From an uncultured Pseudomonadota bacterium (GTDB lineage Bacteria > Pseudomonadota > Gammaproteobacteria > Steroidobacterales > Steroidobacteraceae), in assembly GCA_963781815.1 (NCBI GenBank), contig CAWAHK010000003.1, positions 495,774 through 559,773 of the forward strand: a DNA stretch of 64,000 bases, given 5' to 3'. Shown one piece after another: positions 8,987 through 16,381 of the stretch. Each line of letters opens with the position of its first letter. The stretch's first letter is position 1. The notes under the pieces were generated by a model that had not been told where the DNA came from, ran no database searches, and saw nothing but the letters and a program-made list of their open reading frames with translations. The position numbers and the translations under genes were made by a program.

Positions 8987-10383
8987 TCGTTGCCCTTGCC
9001 GCCGCCCTGACGATCGTGGTCCAGGATCGCGTCCCGCTGCGCGCCGCACCCCGCGCGAGCGCTCCGGAGCTGACGAGGCTGTGGCAGGGTGAGTTGCTCG
9101 AGGTCCGCGGCCAGAGCGGCGGCTATCTCAAGGTCTGGGACTACCGGCTCGAACGGGGTGGTTACCTGCGCAGCGATGCACTCCATCTGGTGAGCCTCAC
9201 CGCGGCAGATGCCCCGGATCTTCTCGCCGTGACGCGGTTCCTGCGCGACACGCCGGGCTCGGAGGCACTCGGGATCAGCTACGCAGCCGCCTACCTCAAG
9301 GCAGTGCCTGCAGCGACGCTCGACGCGGAGCCCCTCGATGCCATCGCGCGCATGGCAGAGCGGCTGGCTGACCAGGCCTCCGGCAGCGGCCCCCGCGTCC
9401 TCGAAGCGAACGCGCACCTGGACGTAGTGGCGCAGTTCGGCATCCGCACGCAGGCCTTCGAGCAGAACGGTCGCGTGCGGGTGTGCTACGAGGGCGAGAT
9501 GTACCGACGGGTGCTCGCCCTGCCGGGAGCCACGACCGAGCAGCGTGCACATGCCGCACTCGGCCTCACCCGCCCGGACTGCGTCGATCCCGCCTTGAGT
9601 CCGCTGCTGCGCGAGTCCGTCGACAACGCACACGCAAACCTCCTCGAAGGAATCTCGGGCGACGGACTAAGCGGGATGACCCGCATACAGCTTGATCTCA
9701 GGCGCGCCACTGTATGGGCCGCCATTGCCTATGAGCGGGCACGCACCGGGAATTCGCCCGCCGCGGCTGCGCACCGCGCCCTGGATGCGCTCTTGCCCGT
9801 GCAGGCAGACGAACTCGGCGACGACCGCCGCCCCGAGTACCAGGACGCCCTGGTGCGGGTGAGCGCCATCCGCTGGGCTGCCGCGCCTGTCACCTCCCAG
9901 ACCGGCCCGCTGATTCTCACGGCAAGCCGCGGCGAGCCCGGACAGACCTGCCTCGCCCTCGCGGCGCGGGACAAACAGGACGTGCAGCTGGCGCACCGCT
10001 GCACCTATGGAATTGTATGGATGGCGTCAGCACAGACCATTGCGCAGGGACGGGCACTGGTCCTCGCCGTGCAACCGCTGCCGGGCTGGCGCGAACTGTG
10101 GGTTTTCCATTCGCAGGCGGGGCACTGGAGCGTCGATATCCTCTCCCCCGGGATCGACAGTCCTGAAGCCGGCTACGTGGATTTCGCAGGCTATGCGCCC
10201 GATACCAGGCGCCTGCTGATCGTGCGCGAGGCCAAGGAACGCGGAACCTTCCGCCGACGCTTCGAGGTGCTGCGCCTCGAAGATCTTGCGCCGATTCGAC
10301 AGGCCAGCAGCCCGGACCTGCTCCTGGACTTCCGGCGGTCGCAAGACAGCAAGTGGCGGCGCGACACACTGGCCCTGCCCTGA
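8983..10383 (+). CDS. hypothetical membrane-anchored/exported protein with N-terminal bacterial SH3-like domain
   Basis: GTG start overlaps the SPFH stop (GTGA). Hydrophobic N-terminus MIVALAAALTIVV. The segment LRAAPRASAPELTRLWQGELLEVRGQSGGYLKVWDYRLERGGYLRSDAL looks like an SH3_3-type fold. The rest matches no family I recognise. Confidence 0.6.
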   Translation: MIVALAAALTIVVQDRVPLRAAPRASAPELTRLWQGELLEVRGQSGGYLKVWDYRLERGGYLRSDALHLVSLTAADAPDLLAVTRFLRDTPGSEALGISYAAAYLKAVPAATLDAEPLDAIARMAERLADQASGSGPRVLEANAHLDVVAQFGIRTQAFEQNGRVRVCYEGEMYRRVLALPGATTEQRAHAALGLTRPDCVDPALSPLLRESVDNAHANLLEGISGDGLSGMTRIQLDLRRATVWAAIAYERARTGNSPAAAAHRALDALLPVQADELGDDRRPEYQDALVRVSAIRWAAAPVTSQTGPLILTASRGEPGQTCLALAARDKQDVQLAHRCTYGIVWMASAQTIAQGRALVLAVQPLPGWRELWVFHSQAGHWSVDILSPGIDSPEAGYVDFAGYAPDTRRLLIVREAKERGTFRRRFEVLRLEDLAPIRQASSPDLLLDFRRSQDSKWRRDTLALP

Positions 10384-10489
10384 ATCGGGCGCCACTCATC
10401 GACCAAGGCACGCGCGATACTGAGAGTGCTCCAGATGCATCGACCAAACATTCACCACTCGCGCAGTGCATAGTCCCGGCACGGTCGCC

Positions 10490-10508
10490 AACGGATTGCG
10501 AGTCCGTT
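10490..10508 (+). repeat. repeat-family hairpin H2 (AACGGA-TTGCGAG-TCCGTT)
   Basis: Direct reading. It matches H3 at 19 of 20 positions (CAACGGATTGC.AGTCCGTT). Confidence 0.55.
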
Positions 10509-10784
10509 CCTCGCTGCTTCGACGCGCCGCCCATTCGCCGCTTAATCTTCGGCTTCCAAGCAGGTAGATAGCTTTGTCCAAGCTCGATGCCTTCATTGAA
10601 TTGCACCGGTCACTTGCGGTCGGCTGATCCATCGGAAATCTCATGTCTCGGCTCGACCGAAGCGGACCGGAACGCCCGGACTATGACCTGGTTCACATTT
10701 TGCCACTGAGCTGTTTCGTAGATACCGCAAACGACTGTATTTAAAGGACCATCACAAAGCCGCACCCCGCATCGAGGAGGCCCG

Positions 10785-11009
10785 ATGTCAGTACTGAACG
10801 ACAAGGAGCTCGCGGAACTGCGCCAGACATTCGACTCGTGCGATCTTGACGGCGATGGTTTTATCAATCCTGAAGAATTCCACGTTCTTCTGATCAAGCT
10901 GGACGGCGACGTCTCAAGGGAAGAGTGCCTTCTAGACTTCGATGTCGCCGATACCGAAGGAGACGGCTACATCGGGTTCAAGGAATTCGTCGTGTGGTGG
11001 ACGAACTGA
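10785..11009 (+). CDS. small EF-hand calcium-binding protein (two EF loops)
   Basis: 74 aa with a strong GAGGAGG RBS. Two canonical 12-residue loops: DLDGDGFINPEE and DTEGDGYIGFKE. Confidence 0.85.
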   Translation: MSVLNDKELAELRQTFDSCDLDGDGFINPEEFHVLLIKLDGDVSREECLLDFDVADTEGDGYIGFKEFVVWWTN

Positions 11010-11361
11010 CGGGCGGATCCCCATGTCTTCTGAAACGGCCACTTACCTCAGATCGGCCGTGGGGTCAGCAACCGTGGATACCCATGTAATACTTCCAAAT
11101 AATACTTCCAAACTCCAGTCACTTCGCGATGATTCAGGATCCGGAAGCATTCAACCGCGCAGTCCTCGAATTCTTAGCGCGCTGATCAATAGGTCTCATG
11201 ACCACAATTTCCAAAGCATTGACGCACCAAGCGCGCGTTCACCCAAAACGAAGGGGCGTTTCCGGGACTGTGCGCAGGAAACGCCATCCTCACGCGGGGT
11301 CGCTAGAGCCTTGGCGGACGTTGCATTACTTAGCGAGCACCTCACTCGGATCAGCCACCCG

Positions 11362-11772
11362 CTACGGTTCCACCGGTCCCTTCTTCGCCGCTTCCGCACG
11401 CTCCTTCACGGCCTTGAGATGAGCGTTTGCGTCATCCTTGCACTGGCGCTGAGCATCACCCTCTAACGCCTGGCACTTTGCTAGAGCAATCTTAGTCTCG
11501 CCTTCCGCATCTGCCACTGCGGCATCCGCCACCGCTACCACGCTCGTATCAGTGGCCTTCGCCGCGGCGGCCGCCTTATCTTTTGCAAGCTGATCAGATG
11601 CCTGGGCTTCAGCCTGCTGTCGTGCTGCGTCAGCCTTCGCGCTGCTGTCAGCAGCGTCGGCAGTTGCCTTCGCTACATCCGCCTGCACTTGATCGGGAGA
11701 CTTGGCTTGATTACATCCCGTGAGGCCCAACGACACGCCTACAACTAATGCACCGATTACCGCGGACTTCAT
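11362..11772 (-). CDS. Ala/Asp/Lys-rich lipoprotein
   Basis: MKSAVIGALVVGVSLGLTGC has a lipobox (LTGC). AGGGGA RBS. The mature part is low-complexity and Ala-rich. Confidence 0.65.
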   Translation of the reverse strand: MKSAVIGALVVGVSLGLTGCNQAKSPDQVQADVAKATADAADSSAKADAARQQAEAQASDQLAKDKAAAAAKATDTSVVAVADAAVADAEGETKIALAKCQALEGDAQRQCKDDANAHLKAVKERAEAAKKGPVEP

Positions 11773-12008
11773 CGTTACATCCCCTAGGAGTTCTGTATTG
11801 CACAGCATGCGCCTTGGGCCGAGGAATTCGCCGTAAATCCAAGCCTGCTCTGGAAGTAAGCGCTCACCTACACTGGAGTATTTTGTAGGCGACGAAAACG
11901 ATCGCCACAATGCCGACATGCGGTACGCGGAAATCAGTGCACCAAATCCGCACTGAGTCGCCTGGTGAATCGCACAGACACGGATCGCCCCCTTCTTGCT
12001 CGATGCCG

Positions 12009-12029
12009 CAACGGATTGCCAGTCCGTTG
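12009..12029 (+). repeat. repeat-family hairpin H3 (CAACGGA-TTGCCAG-TCCGTTG)
   Basis: Direct reading: 7-bp stem, 7-nt loop. Intergenic between two minus-strand genes. Confidence 0.55.
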
Positions 12030-12128
12030 TTCCTCGGTTCCATTTGATGCCGGCCCGCCGCGCGCAGCGCTGCCGCCACGACGATTATCCTTCTGCGTTC
12101 GCATCAGGACCGAAGGCCGTGCAGGCAG

Positions 12129-12392
12129 TTATGCCCCCGGAGACGTACGCCCGGGCAAGCCCCCACCAAACAGGCCGTAGAGACCTATGCACATCCAAAC
12201 GACATTGATGAACGCAGAGGGATAGGCGCCGTTCCAGCCACTATTGATCATGAAGCCCGCGCCGGAGAGGACATTAAACCACTGATAGAGCTTAGCCCGA
12301 GCGCTGAGCTTGCCCATCGTGAGCAGTAGGTAGGCCGAGAGCATCATCGCCGCGGCGAGCCAGCCGGTGATCTCGATCGCGTACCTGAGCAT
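12129..12392 (-). CDS. small two/three-TM membrane protein (CBU_0592-like family)
   Basis: 87 aa: MLRYAIEITGWLAAAMMLSAYLLLTMGKLSARAKLYQWFNVLSGAGFMINS.. GGGGAG RBS upstream of ATG 12392. Confidence 0.6.
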   Translation of the reverse strand: MLRYAIEITGWLAAAMMLSAYLLLTMGKLSARAKLYQWFNVLSGAGFMINSGWNGAYPSAFINVVWMCIGLYGLFGGGLPGRTSPGA

Positions 12393-12516
12393 GGTGTCTC
12401 CCCTTCTCGATCCGGTCAGTGACGTTGTTGGTCTATCAGCGCCAAAGAGAGATCCGGCAAGGAACAACTCATTCCTTCCGCAGTCAAAGGCCCGATCGGA
12501 CTCATCGCGCCCCTCT

Positions 12517-13014
12517 CTAGTCGGCGTTGCCGATCGCGTCCAGACTCTCCTGCAGTTTGATCCGATCGAGCAAGCCGAGCGGCAGACTCGTGAAGAGCTT
12601 GACGCGATTGTCGAGTAGTCTGAAGGTATTACGGAACGCCACCCACTTCTGGGTCTCCGTGCCCTCAACCGCCGCGGGATCCGGTACGCCCCAGTGGGCC
12701 GTCATCGGCTGCCCCGGCCAGTACGGGCACACCTCCCGGGCCGCGTTGTCGCAAACCGTGAAGACAAAATCGAGTGGGGGCGAACCGGGCATGGCGAATT
12801 CGTCCCAGCTCTTGCTCCGCAATCCCTCGGTTGGGAAGTTCATGCGCTGGAGAAGCTCGAGGGCGATCGGATGCACCTGGCCCTTCGGATGGCTACCCGC
12901 ACTGAAGCCCTGGAACTTGCTCCGTCCCCACTGATTGATCAGCGCTTCAGCCAGGATGCTGCGCGCTGAGTTGCCGGTGCACAGGAACAAAACGTTGTAG
13001 GGACGTTCGGCCAT
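12517..13014 (-). CDS. arsC: arsenate reductase, LMW-PTP (thioredoxin-coupled) type
   Basis: VLFLCTGNSARS P-loop (CX5R) plus a downstream Cys pair (TVCDNAAREVCP). Typical size of 165 aa. Confidence 0.9.
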   Translation of the reverse strand: MAERPYNVLFLCTGNSARSILAEALINQWGRSKFQGFSAGSHPKGQVHPIALELLQRMNFPTEGLRSKSWDEFAMPGSPPLDFVFTVCDNAAREVCPYWPGQPMTAHWGVPDPAAVEGTETQKWVAFRNTFRLLDNRVKLFTSLPLGLLDRIKLQESLDAIGNAD

Positions 13015-13024
13015 ATCAAAAAAT

Positions 13025-13462
13025 CTACTGCCGGGCGCGCAGGCTCTTCGCCATGCACGTGGCAGAGCTTGGGCAGAGGGAGCGAAACTCGGCGCTCTGC
13101 TGAACCGCCACCGGCGCCGCACTTCGCTCGATAACCCGGAATCCCTGGCGCTTGAAAAAGTCCGAGGCGGTCTGTGTGAGGAGAATCAGCTCTGTGACGC
13201 CAGAATTCTGCGCGAGGCGTTCGAGCTCCCAAGTCATGCGCCGTCCGAGCCCCCGGCTTCGCTGATCGGGGGCGACGACCACCGAGCGCAGCAGCGCGGC
13301 CGAGCCGAAACGCTCCAGCGCGCCGGCGGCGACGATCTGACCGGCATGGCGGAATACAACGAATTGCGGAGCCGCTGATGCCAGGTCGCCGGTCGGCAGA
13401 CCGGAGGCCTCGAGGAGGGCCCGGATTGGGCCGAGATCGGCTGAGGAGGCGACCAGGGACAC
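13025..13462 (-). CDS. arsN2: GNAT N-acetyltransferase, ArsN2-type
   Basis: IVAAGALERFGSAALLRSVVVAPDQRSRGLGRRM..ELILLTQTASDFFKRQGFRVIER is a GNAT core in an ars operon context. The start is uncertain: GTG 13462 avoids overlap with arsI, and the ORF extends to 13528. Confidence 0.7.
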   Translation of the reverse strand: MSLVASSADLGPIRALLEASGLPTGDLASAAPQFVVFRHAGQIVAAGALERFGSAALLRSVVVAPDQRSRGLGRRMTWELERLAQNSGVTELILLTQTASDFFKRQGFRVIERSAAPVAVQQSAEFRSLCPSSATCMAKSLRARQ

Positions 13463-13475
13463 GAAAGGAACAGCT

Positions 13476-13931
13476 TCAGCGCGTCTTGGGCGCGCAGCAG
13501 CTCGGGGCGTAACATGCCGCCTCGGCAAGCTTCTCTGCCCTTGCGCGGACTACGTCCGTGCCGTAGACCGTGCTTTCCCCGGTCGTAAGGAAGGTTTCCC
13601 ACTGCACGCCCTGCGGATCGTCGATCCAGCTTTTCTCACTGTGGGCGTAGCAACAGGTCGTTTCGCCCTCCTCAAGGACGGGTGCATCGGCCTCCTGCAG
13701 CCTACCGTACACTTCCGCGAGCTCGGCGCGGTTTTCCACTTGGATGCCTAGATGCTGGACGCCTGGTTTGCCATCCCGGCGACTAATGGCGAAATTCACC
13801 CGCGGATCATCGAGCATCCATTTAGCGTAATCAGCCTTCTGAACCGTCGGTTCCGCGTCGAACAATTTCGAATAGAAACGGATCGAGGTGCCAATGTCCT
13901 TAACCGATACGTGGACGTGCAAGCGTTTCAT
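13476..13931 (-). CDS. arsI: ArsI/CadI-family VOC metalloenzyme (C-As lyase-like)
   Basis: MKRLHVHVSVKDIGTSIRFYSKLF..HLGIQV.. glyoxalase/VOC fold, with the vicinal Cys pair TTCCYA characteristic of ArsI. GAAGGAAG RBS. Confidence 0.8.
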   Translation of the reverse strand: MKRLHVHVSVKDIGTSIRFYSKLFDAEPTVQKADYAKWMLDDPRVNFAISRRDGKPGVQHLGIQVENRAELAEVYGRLQEADAPVLEEGETTCCYAHSEKSWIDDPQGVQWETFLTTGESTVYGTDVVRARAEKLAEAACYAPSCCAPKTR

Positions 13932-14278
13932 GCTGTCTTCCTTCGAGAACCGGATGCGGACTGGGGCTGACACGCCGGCCCGCAGATCTCATCCGCCAGG
14001 CTGCAGCAGTTCTCCGTGAGGAAAGCGACCAGGCCGTTCATGCGCTCGAAGTTCGGGCGGTAGTAGAGATTTCTTCCGTCCCGACGGCTACCCACCAACC
14101 CCGCCTGCAGCAGCCCCTTCAAGTGAAAGGACAGCGTGGGCGCCGGCAATTCGAGCCGCTCGGTGAGCTCGGAAGGCGTGTATCCCTTTGGACCGCGCTT
14201 CACCAGCAGGCGGTAGACAGTCAGACGGGGCTCAGACGCCAGGGCACTCAATGCCGCAATCGCTTCACTCGGTTTCAT
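13928..14278 (-). CDS. arsR: ArsR-family arsenic-responsive repressor
   Basis: LASEPRLTVYRLLVKRGPKGYTPSELTERLELPAPTLSFHLKGLLQAGLV HTH plus C-terminal Cys cluster (ENCCSLADEICGPAC). Its stop overlaps the arsI start (ATGA). Confidence 0.85.
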   Translation of the reverse strand: MKPSEAIAALSALASEPRLTVYRLLVKRGPKGYTPSELTERLELPAPTLSFHLKGLLQAGLVGSRRDGRNLYYRPNFERMNGLVAFLTENCCSLADEICGPACQPQSASGSRRKTA

Positions 14279-14314
14279 ACTTTCAATTATATGAAAGTAC
14301 CAAAGGATATGCAA
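14278..14314 (-). promoter_or_regulatory. ars promoter (-35 TTGCAT, 17-nt spacer, -10 TATAAT) overlapped by inverted repeat TACTTTCA-N6-TGAAAGTA
   Basis: Read on the minus strand: TTGCAT 14314-14309, TATAAT 14291-14286. The arsR ATG (14278) starts 8 nt after the -10 hexamer ends. The 8-bp-arm inverted repeat spans 14278-14299 and encloses the -10. Confidence 0.6.
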
Positions 14315-14543
14315 TGGATGCAAATGGGCGAAACGCGCCCCTGATTTGCTCGGAGCTCTGGGGTACTCCCGTGCATAGTCCTTTGCGCAGAACCTGCGAA
14401 ATTATGTCGCCGGGCGGATGAGACATAAAAAAGCGCCATCATCCATTCCGGCGGCACGGATCCAGTCGGGGTAGGATAATGGTGCGCGCCCTAGAAGCGG
14501 TCACGAAGAACCGTTGGGGCTACAACCAGGGGCTAAAAATCCG

Positions 14544-14759
14544 ATGAAGCACCTCCAAATGACCAGCGTGAGAGTCATCGCAATCGCTGCGATCGTTCCT
14601 CTGTTGGCATGTTGCGCGAGCACAGGCGTATACAACATGACCGACGAGTGGTGCGCGGAGCACTTGAGTGCGAGCGCAGCTCGGTGCGCTGACCGCCAGG
14701 AACGCGTTGCGGATCAGCAGCAGCGCATAGCTGCCAACGACGTTCGAAGCAGCGAATAG
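14544..14759 (+). CDS. small putative lipoprotein
   Basis: MKHLQMTSVRVIAIAAIVPLLACC has a lipobox-like LLAC. 71 aa with no recognisable family. Confidence 0.4.
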   Translation: MKHLQMTSVRVIAIAAIVPLLACCASTGVYNMTDEWCAEHLSASAARCADRQERVADQQQRIAANDVRSSE

Positions 14760-14765
14760 CCGCGC

Positions 14766-14876
14766 TCCCTTATAGCTTGTCGTCGGACCCCACCCGGCGA
14801 ACTCGATGCCGGCCGCCTTGCGAATCAGGCTGCGGCCGCCGGCGCACCCGACCAGATACTCGGCCCGGATTCGCAA
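14766..14876 (-). pseudogene. fragment of an FAD-dependent monooxygenase (internal piece only)
   Basis: RIRAEYLVGCAGGRSLIRKAAGIEFAGWGP matches the conserved (A/S)xYLVGCDGxxSxVRKxxGIxFxG block of PF01494-type enzymes. No Rossmann N-terminus or C-terminal part is present. Confidence 0.45.
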
Positions 14877-14928
14877 AAGTCCGCCCGCTGCGCCGCCCGC
14901 AAGGGCATGAGATGTCCGCGTCTTTTCA

Positions 14929-15576
14929 CTAGGTTGCGTGACGCCCTAGAACAACATGCGTGGCACGCTCGCCCGCCACGTGCTCCGTACAGGTGTATCC
15001 GAGCTTGACGAGATCAATATCGCCAAGGAAGCGTTCGCCCGAGCCGAGGAGCACTGGGGATATCGCCAGATTCAGCTCATCGATGAGTCCGGCGCGAAGA
15101 TACTGCTGAACAGTAGCTACGCCGCCTCCGATACAAACGTCTTTGCCATTCGCGGCCGTGGTGGCTCTCTCGAGGGCGCGGTGGATTCCATCCGTCATGA
15201 AATGGAACGTCGTTCCTCCCTGCATCGGGATCGATTCGCGCGGGTAGTGGGTCAGCACGAATACGGGGTTGCGAAACGGCGGCGTGCCTCCCCACCAGCC
15301 CTTCCATGAGTCGTCACGCCACGGCCCTCGCACGGGTCCGAACATGTTTCTGCCGAAGATCAGGGCGCCCACATTCAGGAAGCGCCGAGCGAAGAAGTCG
15401 TCGTCGATCCCGCTGGTTCCTTCGTCCTTGCCGTGCATGCGCTGGAATGTTCGTGTGGCGAAGGCCCACTCAGCCAGCGCCTCCCCGCCGACCCCCATCG
15501 GATTCTCGAAGCTTTGCTGCGGAGCGGCGCCGAATCCGTCGATGGAAACGGAGAAGCTCACTTTGACCTTGGACAT
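14929..15576 (-). CDS. dihydrofolate-reductase-like (RibD C-terminal domain) family protein
   Basis: MSKVKVSFSVSIDGF..ALIFGRNMF..PVFVLTH..VCIGGGVATVQQYLRAGLIDELNLAISPVLLGSGERF is the typical family pattern. Confidence 0.8.
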   Translation of the reverse strand: MSKVKVSFSVSIDGFGAAPQQSFENPMGVGGEALAEWAFATRTFQRMHGKDEGTSGIDDDFFARRFLNVGALIFGRNMFGPVRGPWRDDSWKGWWGGTPPFRNPVFVLTHYPRESIPMQGGTTFHFMTDGIHRALERATTAANGKDVCIGGGVATVQQYLRAGLIDELNLAISPVLLGSGERFLGDIDLVKLGYTCTEHVAGERATHVVLGRHAT

Positions 15577-15630
15577 GGGTTGCGCTCCTGTCGCCCGATG
15601 TAAAGCCCCGGAAGTCCTGCAAGTGGACAT

Positions 15631-15860
15631 CGAGCGAGCGCTCGAGGAAGCGATCGCCAGATTTGCAAACGGATCCGCGTATCCGCTTGCCGCGGCCTAC
15701 GCCTGATGTGGCGGAAGGATCAGGCATTTCAGTCGCTCGAACGCGCATACCACCCACACGACGGTGTCCTCTGTTTGCTCACGGGCGAGTGGCTGTAGCC
15801 CGAGAATAACTGGCACGAGCGGCCAACGCAGTTCACGCGCGACCTTCGCGGCGCGCCTTC
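15631..15860 (+). pseudogene. degraded C-terminal tail of a third TolB-like/TPR family protein
   Basis: The region reads ..SAYPLAAAYA, then TGA and a frame change at 15704-15708, then WRKDQAFQSLERAYHPHDGVLCLLTGEWL, then TAG at 15796, then ..RPTQFTRDLRG. This parallels the tails ..YAYRGERDKAFEWLDRAAQQRDPGLVFF..RFQALRRRL (908-3088) and ..GRNDQAMDWLEKAYQ..RFIDLMRRL (29223-31196). Confidence 0.35.
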
Positions 15861-16381
15861 TGCCGTGTACGGCTCGAGCTGGCTCGATCCGCCAGATCGC
15901 GCAACTCTCATGCAGGCAATAACTCAGAAGACTCCGCTGGCACAACCCGGGAAGCCATCATCGACTAAGGATATTCCCCCACGGTCGTACCTTCCAAACT
16001 GTGTCGCTTTAGACTTCGCCGGCGCGCAAGAACGTCCGTCAGCGACTCCTGCGAGACGCAGTGTCCGCCCGTTAACAATCACTCACAATCCTGCCGACAC
16101 TCGACCGAGATCGGGACCGGCGCACGATGCGCGCCGGATGTAGCAGAAGTCTCCAACACCTACCTGAGCGCAAGCGTTGCGGCGACGTTTCGATGTAGTG
16201 ACTTCAAGGCACGACACGCGCGTGGCAGGTAATGCGCGTTCCCGCGCAGATTACTCCGCTTGCAACCAACGATCGTGCGCGCACAATTCGCACTTTCCGC
16301 GTGCTGTCGAAACTGCAGCGAACGCGACAGCACCTGATCGCAACACCAAACAGCGCTTACCTCACAGGGGAGTTTTCGTTC

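Noticed and set aside
10466-10476. Exact 11-mers shared between intergenic regions: GTGCATAGTCC at 10466 and 14371, CCGCTTAATCT at 10538 and 43063, and the 14-of-15 match AACGGAGCAT.GGTC at 4453 and 34603.
   Set aside because: By my rough estimate (pairs of positions divided by 4^11), several identical 11-mers are expected by chance even within about 8 kb of intergenic DNA. These are therefore not used as evidence for the repeat family.
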